DNA of 64,000 bases from Eledone cirrhosa (GCA_964016885.1 CAXHJY010000160.1:787-64786); one strand, 5' to 3'. Counted from the stretch's first letter, positions 1 through 15,900 are shown. The notes: a model not told the origin generated them from the sequence alone. Numbers and translations: made by a program.

Positions 1-1932
<1,932 letters not shown>

Positions 1933-2135
1933 GATCAGATCAGAGCAAACAGCACGGACACTCTATCTCAAAATTACTTTTGAAAAGCATTTAGAAATGC
2001 GCAACCGGTAAAAACTTAAAAACTTAAAACCACAACTGAATACTAACCCATACAATCACTAATACTCTTTTATTCCTAATTAAACCATTTTTCAACTGTG
2101 AACAATTTGTCAGCATTTTCTATTCCGTTTACCAA
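1933..2135 (+). mobile_element. Short PLE pseudo-LTR-like element (family B) with variant hammerhead-like motif
   Basis: Same sequence recurs at 4302-4450 and 4735-4905. Motif at 1980-2010 reads TTGAAAA-GCATT(TAGA)AATGC-GCAA-CCGG-TA. Flanked by (TA)n. Confidence 0.6.
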
Positions 2136-2156
2136 TATATATTTATATATATACTG

Positions 2157-2194
<38 letters not shown>

Positions 2195-2470
2195 GATATA
2201 GATATATATATATATATGTATGTGTATGTATATATATATGTATGTGTATATATATATATATGTATGTGTATATATATATATATGTATTTGTATATATATA
2301 TATATGTATGTGTATATATATATGTATGTGTATGTGTATATATATATATGTATGTGTATATATATATATATATATGTATGTGTATATATATATATATGTA
2401 TGTGTATATATATATATATATATGTATGTGTATATATATATATATATATGTATGTGTATATATATAAATG

Positions 2471-2559
<89 letters not shown>

Positions 2560-2578
2560 ATATATATATATGTATGTG

Positions 2579-2667
<89 letters not shown>

Positions 2668-2740
2668 CATCATCATCATCGTTTAACGTCCATCTTCCAC
2701 GCTTGCATGCATGTGTGTGAGTGTGAGTGTGTGTGTGTGT
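2136..2740. repeat. (TA)n/(TG)n compound microsatellite with a short (GAT)n-tailed retroposon 3' end (2666-2712, minus strand)
   Basis: catcatcatcatcgtttaacgtccatcttccacgc; a similar tail occurs at 17092-17145. Confidence 0.85.
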
Positions 2741-2778
2741 AAAGAAGAAATTAAAAGATGGTTAAAAAATGTTCCATA

Positions 2779-2848
2779 TATTTTATTATGCGCATTTCGA
2801 AAACAGCATCATCCTGGGACAAAAATTGTGTTCTCATCAGATAAAATA
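2779..2848 (-). ncRNA. Type-I hammerhead ribozyme motif (family C)
   Basis: Reverse complement of the 3265-3332 motif. Confidence 0.75.
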
Positions 2849-2894
2849 AGGTAACATGATATGAGGCCTAAAAACACTTGTGAACAAGAAAGTG

Positions 2895-3060
2895 TTGATT
2901 GGACAACATAGTTTGCAGCATAGTTACGTCCCTTTACGATCTGAGTTCAAATCCCGCCGAGGTTGACTTTGCCTTTCATCCTTACGGGGTCGATAAAATA
3001 AAGTACCAGTAATGCACTGGGATAATTGCTGGCCTTGTGCCTAAAGTAGAAACAATTATT
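2895..3060 (+). mobile_element. tRNA-derived SINE (family S1), 5' degenerate
   Basis: B-box-like gagttcaaatccc, then gcctttcatccttacggggtcgataaaataaagtaccag and an aacaattatt tail; more than 10 copies in the window. Confidence 0.85.
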
Positions 3061-3076
3061 TTATCTGATGAGATAG

Positions 3077-3266
3077 GGCGGTGGATTGGTAGTATTGGTA
3101 GAGGGTCGGCCGCCATGCTTTGACGTATAGAGTTACGGCCCTTGCCTTTCTGAGTTCAAATCCAGCCAAGGTTAACTTTGCCTTTCATCCTTACGGGGTC
3201 GATAAAATAAAGTACCAGTAATGCACTGGATAATTGCTGGCCTTGTGCCTAACGTAGAAACAATTA
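3077..3266 (+). mobile_element. tRNA-derived SINE S1, full length
   Basis: A-box-like tggtagtattggtag, B-box gagttcaaatcc, conserved body. Confidence 0.85.
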
Positions 3267-3332
3267 TTTTATCTGATGAGAACACAATTTTTTGTCCCAG
3301 GATGATGTTTTCGAAATGCGCATAATAAAATA
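3265..3332 (+). ncRNA. Type-I hammerhead ribozyme motif (family C)
   Basis: Stem I tattttat/ataaaata; CTGATGA; extended stem II; GAAA; palindromic stem III ATGCGCAT; predicted cut after AUA. Confidence 0.78.
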
Positions 3333-3443
3333 TATGGAACATTTTTAACCATGTTTTAATTTCTTCTTTATATATACTCCAATTCTACCAACTGTCGAGT
3401 GCTAATTATCAGATATATGTATAGTTTTACTCACCTCCTACAT

Positions 3444-3493
<50 letters not shown>

Positions 3494-3791
3494 TATATGT
3501 TTGTGTGTGTGCGTCGCTGCGTGTTTGTAGATGTCTCTAAGGGTATGTATATCATATACAATTCTACAAATGTTAGGGAAATACCACATATATTATTCCA
3601 CATTCTAATGAATTCCAGTGTTGAGTACTTCCTTTCAATGTTTCGTAGCCTACACGCACACATGCGTTCATAGATAAACAAACCTACATCCACAGACACA
3701 CATATATCTATATCTACAGCTATATGTGAGTCTCGGGTTCAGTCGGTGGTAAAGACAGTTAGTAAGATACTAGAGTGTAAACAACGAGTTT

Positions 3792-3900
3792 AATATAAAA
3801 ATGCTTCTACAGGACTAGAGTTGTTCATTCAAAGAAATTTTCTGATGATTTCTTCTGAATGAAACAATTCTAGTACTGTAAAAGCCATTTCTATATTAAA
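3792..3900. mobile_element. Small imperfect palindrome (MITE-like)
   Basis: Left and right halves are complementary (ctacaggactagagttgttcattca / tgaatgaaacaattctagtactgta); a related end lies at about 39740-39840. Confidence 0.5.
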
Positions 3901-4106
3901 ATATATAAGCACAAAATGTAGACACCATCCCGAAGCCCAGGTATTACGTACTTCTCTGTACTGTTATATATATATATATATATAATTTTATATTCGTGTA
4001 CAGATATTTTTGCATACACAATAACAAAATATAAACAAACGTATGTATTTCACGAGGCCCGATAAGGATAAATATATATCAAATATGTAAGAACCCTAGA
4101 GAAAAT

Positions 4107-4135
4107 CCCGAGAAACGTCGGGCCATTCTGCTAGT
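4107..4135 (+). mobile_element. Helitron-type 3' terminus
   Basis: GC hairpin cccga-gaaacg-tcggg ends 8 nt upstream of CTAG, which is followed by T. Confidence 0.6.
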
Positions 4136-4152
4136 ATATATATATATATATA

Positions 4153-4448
4153 GTTAAAAGAATAGAGGTGTAACACACAAGTTATTATATATTGGTAAAC
4201 GGAATAGAAAATGCTGACAAATTGTTCACAGTTGAATAATGGTTTAATTAGGAATAAAAGAGTATTAGTGATTGTATGGGTTAGTATTCAGTTGAGGTTT
4301 TAAGCATTTAGAAATGCGCAACCGGTAAAAACTTAAAAACTTAAAACCACAACTGAATACTAACCCATACAATCACTAATACTCTTTTATTCCTAATTAA
4401 ACCATTTTTCAACTGTGAACAATTTGTCAGCATTTTCTATTCCGTTTA

Positions 4449-4450
<2 letters not shown>
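4153..4450. mobile_element. Family B insertion, inverted arms (minus 4153-4304, plus 4302-4450)
   Basis: Arms are reverse complements; both outer ends abut (TA)n. Confidence 0.8.
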
Positions 4451-4494
<44 letters not shown>

Positions 4495-4631
4495 TATACT
4501 ACCAAAATTATATTAACGATGCCATTTCCGAGAATATCAGAAGCATGTGCCATATCACCTGTGGAATAAGCTCAAAGATTGCCATTAGTAAATCCGAGCC
4601 TTTGTTAACATCAAATTAAAAGTCGAATGAC

Positions 4632-4689
<58 letters not shown>

Positions 4690-4692
<3 letters not shown>

Positions 4693-4901
4693 AAAGAATA
4701 GAGGTGTAACACACAAGTTATGATATATTGGTAAACGGACGCTCTATCTCAAAATTATTTTTGAAAAGCATTAGAAATGCGCAACCGGTAAAACTTAAAA
4801 CCAAAACTTAATACTAACCAATACTATTACTAATTATTACTTATTCCTAATTAAACTATTTTTCACTGTGAACAATTTGTCAGCATTTTCTATTCCGTTT
4901 A

Positions 4902-4905
<4 letters not shown>
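4690..4905. mobile_element. Family B insertion, short inverted arm plus plus-strand arm
   Basis: 4690-4739 matches 4154-4203; 4735-4905 matches 1953-2135. Confidence 0.75.
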
Positions 4906-4943
<38 letters not shown>

Positions 4944-5337
4944 TATATATATATATATAAAATAAACACATCAAACAATTACAGAGGGATAATTTGTAAA
5001 GAGTGTAGACACACATAGTTACGGGGTTAACATATTAAACATTAACAAGAACCTTGAATATAGATACCTTGCAATAATGATTAATCTCCTTTGTATATAT
5101 TCCATTGAAGAAATTTATTTCACCATTAATCGGTGAACCATAGATGTCAAATCTTGGATCATCGGCAAAGTAGAACTATCTATTTAACTATTTATGGTTA
5201 CACGCTAAAAGCAAATCAGGCGATAACGGTGAAAGACACATGTGGTTTTAAAAAATAAAAAAAACCACCCCGCCGTCAAGCCAGTGGCGTGAATAGGGTT
5301 ATCGACAGCTAGAAATAGTAGCCGATATATATATATA

Positions 5338-5578
5338 GAAGTGGTTACATAACAGTTAGTTCACCATACCGAGAACAATTGTTTCACCTTATCGGATCTT
5401 CAGCTCGTAATGTTACACAACAGTTAGTTCACCATACCGAGAACAATTGTTCGGCTAAGGTGAAACAATTGTTTTCGACATGGTGAACTAACTGTTGTGT
5501 AACCACTTCTACCTAACTCGTCCCATGGACTGAGTGCTGTACCACTACGGATACTACCTTCCAGTGTTCTACCACTAT
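5338..5578. mobile_element. HHR-bearing short element (family D): partial tandem plus inversion, within (TA)n
   Basis: aacagttagttcaccataccgagaacaattgtt is repeated, then inverted from about 5453; another copy at 45669-45740. Confidence 0.75.
5370..5407 (-). ncRNA. Minimal type-I hammerhead motif (family D)
   Basis: Minus strand: cgag CTGAAGA tcc-gataa-ggt GAAA caattg TT ctcg. Confidence 0.7.
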
Positions 5579-5640
5579 ATATATATATATGTGTATGTGT
5601 TTTATATGCATGTATGTATGATATTGGATTAAATCGATAC

Positions 5641-5725
5641 CAGTACATTACTGGTACTTTATTTTATCGACCCCGTAAGGATGAAACCAAAGCTAACTTC
5701 GGTGGGATTTGAACTCAGAAAGTAA
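5641..5725 (-). mobile_element. SINE S1 fragment
   Basis: Reverse complement of the S1 body and B-box. Confidence 0.75.
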
Positions 5726-5864
5726 ACAAACAGAACAAATGATATAACGTATTCTGACAATTTAAGGACTTTACATCTTCCCCATGTGGGGCGTGGCTAT
5801 ACAGTCACAATACGGTCACCATAGACATTGTTAAAGCTTGTTAAAGTGGTTAAATTATAGACAA

Positions 5865-6003
5865 ACATTACGTCCCTTTACGATCTGAGTTCAAATCCCG
5901 CCGAGGTTGACTTTGCCTTTCATCTATACGGGGTCAATAAAATAAAGTACCAGTAATGCACTGGGTAATTGCTGGCCTTGTGCCTAAAGTAGAAACAATT
6001 ATT
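5865..6003 (+). mobile_element. SINE S1, 5' truncated
   Basis: Near-identical to 2925-3060. Confidence 0.85.
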
Positions 6004-6600
6004 AGTAGTCGCTTGGCTCCCTATTTCCCCCAACATCTTCCTACCTACAGCTTCTTAATTATCTCTTATTAGCAGTTATCTCATTATACTAGCCATATTA
6101 CTATAATTATCAACATCATTATCGCCATTTTGTTGTTCAATAACTGAATACATTTATGGCCGTTATATCACTTCCTCTCACTGCCAGTATTAAACACATT
6201 TATTGGCCATTACGTCACTTCCTCTCATTGCTATTCTTTTGCACATATGTAAAGCCATTACATCACTTCCCCTTACTCTCATCACATTTATGGCCTTTAA
6301 ATCAACTAATTTTACTTTCATTCCTTTTTTTTTTTTGCCAGTCTTTACATTGAACAGTTCTGAGCATATATTGTACTGTAGCTGTTAGAATATTGTTGAT
6401 AAAACGTGCCAAAACCTCCACTAACCAGAAATCTATACTAACACCCATTACCACTGACGCCAATACTACCATTATTAAAAACAACAACATCAGTATCAAC
6501 CTAACTAATGCTACCAACACCAGCAATTATTGCCTGTTCGATTATACGTGTAGCTTACACGAAATCCAGAGAAGCTATTGAGTGTATCAATCAATTCATC

Positions 6601-6675
<75 letters not shown>

Positions 6676-6954
6676 CAGTCTTACGACTATACAGAGCATT
6701 TTAGGTTTTTCCAAATTGAAGGATAGGTATCTTGAACTTTAATTTTATCATGAGTTAAAGCTCTATTGATTTTTCCCTGCATTTCACTAAATTCTGTGGA
6801 TGAATTTTATATCCTGATTCTCTTTAAGATGAGTTTAAATTATTTTTCCCACATCTTACGTTTACTATTTTTCCCATTTTGACGCTATAGTCACTTATAT
6901 ACTATGGAATGTTGTTCGCTTTTCGCTGCAGTGTTTTCTATACCTTTCATTTAT

Positions 6955-8245
<1,291 letters not shown>

Positions 8246-8462
8246 TTTCGTTTCTGAATTTGTTTAGGCAAGATTCTTTATCTGAAATCGTGTGTTGAAA
8301 CCGATATTGTTATACTTTAGGAGGGTCATGTTGCCAATAAGAAACACACGCACCAGTTGCTTTCACTTCAATTTAATTTATTATATATTTATAAATTTAC
8401 AAATTTATAAATTTCTGGTTGGTTGGTTGGTTCCACAACCAGATAGTTGTTTATATATATAT

Positions 8463-8505
8463 AGTCATAGTTCTTTCGTCACACACTGTGACCTCTTCAG
8501 TGACT
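8463..8505 (-). ncRNA. Hammerhead motif in the inverted pLTR of PLE1
   Basis: Minus strand: agtca CTGAAGA g gtcac-agtgt-gtgac GAAA gaac TA tgact. Confidence 0.8.
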
Positions 8506-8915
8506 GGGGATTTCTTTCTTCGTTTCTGTGCCTTTCCTTTCTTCTATCCTACGCCATTTTGTTTCTGTGTGTGGGTTGCGTGCTCAGTTTGCGCATGCGC
8601 CACATCCGGGTGTCTGTGTGTGTTTGTGTTCATTTTTCTATTTTTCTATTTATATTTTTCTATTTGTTTATTTATTTATTTATTGTTGGTTGGTTGTTTG
8701 TTCTATGTGTGTGTGTGTTTTCATTTTGTCTTGTGTGTGTTTTCATTTTGTGTGTGTTTTCAATTGTAAGTTGTTTGTTCTATGTGTGTGTGTGTTTTCA
8801 TTTTGTCCTTAATTGTAAGTTGTGATGTTGCTGTTCCACTCATATTTTCTATTTAATTTTGGTTTTAATTCTTTTATGCTTACGGCCTCTGTAATTTGCC
8901 TAAACATTGCGTCTT

Positions 8916-10891
8916 CAGCCCAACAAAAGGACTGCCAACAACTTCCAGGCCTGGAACAATGACGTGCCGGCGTTGTATGGGCTTCGAAAAGACCATAAAA
9001 CGGGCTGGGACCCTGTCGCGGGACCACCAACACGGCCAGTCTGTGGGGCTAACATTGATAGTAACTACAGACTGTCCTACTTCCTCTCCCTGATCATACG
9101 CCCCATCATTGAGATGTCCCCAGATGTGTGTGACAGCACGGAGGACCTCCTCAGCAGAATCGGCGCGGGTAACCGATCTGGGGACCTAACAAACTGCATA
9201 ATAGGCAGTATGGATGTTGTGTCCCCTGTATCCATCTATTGACCTGGATTTTGCTGTGGAGAAATGCGTAGAAATGATCAGCGAGAGCAAGGTTGAGTTT
9301 CCGTGGGATTGATACCAGTGAGCTGGGACTTCTACTTAAGCTTACCCATAGTAATAGTTACCTAGACACTTATGACCTTAGCAACCTGTGCCCTACAAGA
9401 CCAGCAAGAGGCAGACCACCTACCATTACCTCAATGGCCAAGAAAAACCCACATAGATAGATGGAACGGGTGGACCAGAGCCATACGGACACCCGAAAAC
9501 CACGATGAACTGAAGAAAATGATTGCACATGCGGTAGGGGCCAGCATAAAATTAACCCTTAAGGAACATATGTTCAAATTTAATGGTAAAACATATGCCC
9601 AAGAGGAAGGAGCAGCCATTGGTGTTAGCATTGCAGGCGACATAGCTAACTTATTCATTGTATGGTGGGACAGTAGACTTAAACAAAAACTTAATGAACA
9701 ATTAGAAGACAGCTTAACCCTGATAATGTACTCCCGCTACGTAGATGATATAAAACATCGTAGTTAAGACACCCCCACTAAAGAAACAGTCAGGAACTAG
9801 AGAAAAACACAATGGAAAGCATCCAGCAAATAGCAAACTCCATCCACCAGAGCATTAGAGTTACTATAGACTACCCAAGTAGACACCCCAACCATCGATT
9901 ACCTGTACTAGACACAGAGCTCTGGTTAGATACAATTAACAACCAAAAACAAATCCTCCATTCCCATTATGCCAAACCCATGACTTCCAAACATCTGATC
10001 CACCGAAACTCGGCCATTTCAGACCATACCAAAATCAACATACTGATTGCGGATTTGGTACGGGTGATGAGAAATGTGTCCCGCATGTGCAACCCCGAAG
10101 AACTAGAGAGACACATACAACACTTCTTCCACCGTATGCAGTTCTCTGGCTACAATCAGAGAGATAGAATCAGAGTGTATAAAGGAGCCAGAACCAAATG
10201 GGAAAAAATGGTAAAATAATGACATAAATGGGACCTGCCCCTTGTATAGGAGCAAATTTTGGAATAGAATAGAAAGAACTAGGAACAAGGCCAATAGAAT
10301 AAACTCATGGTATGATAGCAATAAATACCAGAGTGTAATGTTCATCAATACAACCCCTAGAGGCGAACTAGCCTACAAATTTAGAAGGGCCCTAAAGAAA
10401 CATAATCTCAATATTAAGATAGTAGAAAGACCAGGTACCTCCGTAAAAACACTTATTAGCAAGACATACCCGTTCCAAAGACCCTCATGTATAGATAAGA
10501 AATGTATAACCTGTAAAATAAGCCCCCATATTAACTGTAAGACTAGAAATGTAGTGTATAGCATAAGATGTACTGAAGGACAATGTAGAAACAAAAATAT
10601 AGTGTACATAGGTGAGACAGCTCGTAGTATAGGGGAACGAATAAATGAACACTGGCGAGACCTCCAAGATAATAAAGAATCATCTGTGCTCTACCAACAT
10701 GCTAACATAGAACACAGGGGTAGATTAGAGAACACAGGGGTAGATTAGAGAACATAGAAATAAAAATAGGATCCACACACAGAAAAGACGCAATGTTTAG
10801 GCAAATTACAGAGGCAGTAAGCATAAAAGAATTAAAACCAAAATTAAATAGAAAATATGAGTGGAACAGCAACATCACAACTTACAACTAA
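8916..10891 (+). pseudogene. PLE reverse transcriptase plus C-terminal GIY-YIG endonuclease, frameshifted
   Basis: LYGLRKDHK, RPVC, GSMDV, QEEGAAIG, SRYVDD, LPVLD, HYAKPM, Cys-rich linker CIDKKCITC, VVYSIRC...YIGETARSIGERINEH, spread over several frames. Confidence 0.92.
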
Positions 10892-11193
10892 GGACAAAAT
10901 GAAAACACACACAGGAAAAAATGAAAACACACACACACATAGAACAAACAACTTACAATTAAGGACAAAATGAAAACACACACAGGACAAAATGAAGACA
11001 CACACACATACATAGAACAAACAACCAACCAACAATAAATAAATAAAATAAAACAAATAGATAAATGAACACAAACACACACAGACACCCGGATGTGGCG
11101 CATGCGCAAACTGAGCACACAACACACACACAGAAACAAAATGGCGTAGGATAGAAGAAAGGAAAGGCACAGAAACAAAGGAAAGGAATCCCC

Positions 11194-11238
11194 AGTCACT
11201 GAAGAGTTCACAGAGTGTGTGACGAAAGGACTATGACT
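11194..11238 (+). ncRNA. Hammerhead motif in the 3' pLTR of PLE1
   Basis: agtca CTGAAGA gttcac-agagtgt-gtgac GAAA ggac TA tgact. Confidence 0.75.
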
Positions 11239-11458
11239 ATATATAAACAACTATCTGGTTGTGGAACCAACCAACCAACCAGAAATTTATAAGTTTGTAA
11301 ATTTGTAAATTTATAAATTTATAAATATATAATAAATTGAAGTGAAAGCAACTGGTGCGTGTGTTTCTTATTGGCAACATGACCCTCCCAAAGTATAACA
11401 ATATCGGTTTCAACACACGATTTCAGATAAAGAATCTTGCTAAACAAATTCAGAAACG

Positions 11459-11491
<33 letters not shown>

Positions 11492-11522
11492 AATAAATAA
11501 ATATATATATATATATATAAAT

Positions 11523-11554
<32 letters not shown>

Positions 11555-11570
11555 GTAAATATATATATAT

Positions 11571-11620
<50 letters not shown>

Positions 11621-11636
11621 GTAAATATATATATAT

Positions 11637-11687
<51 letters not shown>

Positions 11688-11823
11688 AATATATATAAAT
11701 ATATATAAATATATATAAATATATATATATATATATAAATATATATATATTGTTATACTTTGGGAAACGAAATATATATATATATATATAAATATATATA
11801 TATAAATATATATATATATAAAT

Positions 11824-11901
<78 letters not shown>

Positions 11902-12200
11902 ATACTTTGGGAAACGAAATATATATATATAAATATATACATAAATATATATATATATATAAATATATATATATAAACAATTAAGTCAAAAATGTACATC
12001 TACATATGCATACTGAAATACTAGTGTGTATATGAATACACACACGTATACATATGTAGGTGTAACAAGTCTTTCACTGGTTGCTTTACTGTGAGCAGCC
12101 CAGCTATTCTGTATGTAAACACACAGACAAACCGGTTTTTAGAGTCATACTGGTTTTCGGGGGAACACCTTCCCTCTATTCACCAGAAAGCCAGACAAGG

Positions 12201-12245
12201 AATATTGAACTAGTTTCGTTGTTGTTACAACTCATCAGCAATATT
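12201..12245 (-). ncRNA. Canonical type-I hammerhead (family E)
   Basis: Reverse complement of 12769-12813. Confidence 0.9.
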
Positions 12246-12768
12246 TACCTATCTACCGGCCCTTCTGGAGAATTGTAAAAGCACATATCGTTATATGCTT
12301 TTTCTATGAAAATTAGTAGTGGGCAGACTAATTTGCATAGAGTGTGAGTACGCACCGGTTCAGCGGAGACGATAAAAACAAATAACGAAACGAAATTAAA
12401 TTTCGTTTCGTTTGTAACTCACTTTTGTATGACTGACGCTTAAACAATTAAGTCAAAAATGTACATCTACATATGCATACTGAAATACTAGTGTGTATAT
12501 GAATACACACACGTATACATATGTAGGTGTAACAAGTCTTTCACTGGTTGCTTTATTGTGAGCAGCCCAGCTATTCTGTATGTAAACACACAGACAAACC
12601 GGTTTTTAGAGTCATACTGGTTTTCGGGGGAACACCTTTTATCGTCTCCGCTGAACCGGTGCGAACTCACACTCTATGCAAATTAGTCTGCCCACTACTA
12701 ATTTTCATAGAAAAAGCATATAACGATATGTGCTTTTACAATTCTCCAGAAGGGCCGGTAGATAGGTA

Positions 12769-12813
12769 AATATTGCTGATGAGTTGTAACAACAACGAAA
12801 CTAGTTCAATATT
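12769..12813 (+). ncRNA. Canonical type-I hammerhead (family E)
   Basis: aatattg CTGATGA gttgt-aaca-acaac GAAA ctag TT caatatt: 7-bp stem I, 5-bp stem II, palindromic stem III ACTAGT. Confidence 0.92.
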
Positions 12814-13132
12814 CCTTGTCTGGCTTTCTGGAGAATAGAGGGAAGGTGTTCCCCCGAAAACCAGTATGACTCTAAAAACCGGTTTGTCTGTGTGTTTACA
12901 TACAGAATAGCTGGGCTGCTCAAAGTAAAGCAACCAGTGAAAGACTTGTTACACCTACATATGTATACGTGTGTGTATTCATATACACACTAGTATTTCA
13001 GTATGCATATGTAGATGTACATTTTTGACTTAATTGTTTAAGCGTCAGTCATACAAAAGTGAGTTACAAACGAAACGAAATTTAATTTCGTTTCGTTATT
13101 TGTTTTTATATATATATAAATATATATATATA

Positions 13133-13210
<78 letters not shown>

Positions 13211-13221
13211 TATATATATAT

Positions 13222-14123
13222 AAAGGATTTACAGAAACCCAAGAAGCTAGATATTCCATCTCTCTAGTGGGTCCGGGTATGCATTTTACATTCATTTCAT
13301 TTATTGATTTATTGATAATTTATCTGAGTGTCCCGAATCTTCCATATCGAACTTTTCGGTTATTTGGTTGATTGTAGACATATTCTACGTGTGACGGTAT
13401 TTTAACGATAGTTATAGCTCTAATTTATTTGAATTATAGAGCCCTCTGCCGCTCATCTCGAATTTTGTTTATCGTGAACTCGTGCGCCGATTTTTCGATA
13501 CTCGATTATTCTACTATATTTAGCTCTAGACTTAGCTATTGACCAGTTAATTTTATTGTTCATTTTTTGTCGATTCTATTAAATGATGAATAGCCCCTGT
13601 TTATTTTAACATGTCTATTGAGCACTCTTATTCGATATGTGTTTTTGCCACATTTTTCCGAATATTTTTGCGGATATAAAGGTTATCTCCCTTGCTTAAA
13701 TCCATGTGCGTATTTTTAGCCTGGGTCTTATCTTTTTATCCATTCGGACGAAGTTCGTTGATGAAGTAACTCCAGTCCCCCGATTATCTGTAAGGCTTAT
13801 ATTTTTATATGAGCTGATAGATGACGGTTTAAGGATTTACAGAAACCCAAGAAGCTAGATATTCCATCTCTCTAGTGGGTCCGGGTATGCATTTTACATT
13901 CATTTCATTTATTGATTTATTGATAATTTATCTGAGTGTCCCGAATCTTCCATATCGAACTTTTCGGTTATTTGGTTGATTGTAGACATATTCTACGTGT
14001 GACGGTATTTTAACGATAGTTATAGCTCTAATTTATTTGAATTATAGAGCCCTCTGCCGCTCATCTCGAATTTTGTTTATCGTGAACTCGTGCGCCGATT
14101 TTTCGATACTCGATTATTCTACT
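13222..14123. mobile_element. 609-bp-unit partial tandem (about 1.5 copies) inserted in (TA)n; no HHR found
   Basis: aaggatttacagaaaccc at 13222 and 13831, identical for about 293 bp. Confidence 0.7.
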
Positions 14124-14830
<707 letters not shown>

Positions 14831-14950
14831 AAGGGATGTGGCTGAGTGGTTAGAGAATTGGATTCGCAATCGTGAGGTTGTGAGTCCGATTCCTGGACCA
14901 GGTGATGCATTATGTCCTTGAGCAAGACACTTTATTTCACGTTGCTCCTT
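14831..14950 (+). mobile_element. tRNA-derived SINE (family S2), 5' part
   Basis: A-box tggctgagtggt, B-box-like gagtccgattcc, then tgtccttgagcaagacact; related copies at 17440-17578 (-), 51380-51480 (-) and 53112-53180 (+). Confidence 0.8.
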
Positions 14951-15203
14951 CTACCTGTAGTTGCGACCGATAGATATTATTAGCAATTGGAAAGAGTCTA
15001 TAGACTTTTGAATGAGGAATGTTCTAATAACTGACCAATGAGAGGAGAAGAGGCCCTTTGACACTGAAATTTGTTTGTTTGAATTCACATGATTCCAGTT
15101 CCTCAGTGAAATAACAACCCAACCAGGAACTGGGCATATCAGAGTATTGACAAAATTATACACCTCAACAACATATGTACTTGTCTATACCACACTAATT
15201 CGG

Positions 15204-15258
15204 ACTGCCTGAAGAGGTCACAGCCAAAGATGGCTGTCATCGAAATATATATAGCAGT
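15204..15258 (+). ncRNA. Canonical type-I hammerhead (family F) in a pLTR-like segment at about 14960-15390
   Basis: actgc CTGAAGA ggt-c-acagcca-aaga-tggctgt-c-atc GAAA tatata TA gcagt. Confidence 0.88.
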
Positions 15259-15390
15259 AATAAACGAAGCTAAATTTTAAACATTTGACTTTTTATTGCA
15301 TTACTCCGGAGTAACCAAACCAACCTGAGCACTTCGTCGAGTGCTCCAGCCTGCATACTGAGGTGTTGGTATATAACGAACATATACTCA

Positions 15391-15531
<141 letters not shown>

Positions 15532-15601
15532 CCCCCAAAAGTTGTGTACACATATTTATTAGAATGCTGTTGGAGTGTGAATACATTTTGGGGGCATACC
15601 C

Positions 15602-15634
<33 letters not shown>

Positions 15635-15804
15635 GTGTTTGTGTGCGTCTGTGTGTGCGTGTGTATTTGCGTATGTCTGTACGTGTGTGTGTGTATATGT
15701 ATTTGCGTGCGTGTGTGTGTGTACGCACGAATTATATTTGAAGATATAAAGTTAACTGAAAAAGATATAATCACCAGCTTTTTTATTAGAAACCATAGTC
15801 AAAA

Positions 15805-15900
15805 TAATTGTTTCTACTTTAGGCACAAGGCCAGCAATTACTCAGTGAATTACTGGTACTTTATTTTATCGACCCCGTAAGGATGAAAGGCAAAGTCAAC
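15805..15900 (-). mobile_element. SINE S1 3' fragment
   Basis: Reverse complement of the S1 body. Confidence 0.75.

Larger units (their letters stand above)
2741..3370. mobile_element. Inverted pair of about 105-bp HHR-bearing arms (family C) enclosing two SINE copies
   Basis: 2741-2849 is the reverse complement of 3264-3370. Confidence 0.8.
8247..11458 (+). mobile_element. Penelope-like retroelement PLE1 (family A), 5' truncated, with an inverted copy of its 3' end/pLTR upstream
   Basis: 8247-8915 is the reverse complement of about 10785-11458; internal RT plus GIY-YIG; (TA)n on both sides. Confidence 0.93.
11975..13108. mobile_element. Non-coding 467-bp-unit element (family E): 1.4 tandem units plus one inverted unit, HHR-bearing
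   Basis: aaacaattaagtc recurs at 11975 and 12442; inversion junction at about 12638; (TA)n on both sides. Confidence 0.88.

Noticed and set aside
3842-3875. ctgatga-tttcttctgaat-gaaa-caattc-ta hammerhead-like string
   Set aside because: No stem I can be formed, and it lies within a DNA palindrome
14831-14900. Functional tRNA gene
   Set aside because: Acceptor stem is incomplete and a repeated SINE body follows; the same applies to the other A/B-box heads
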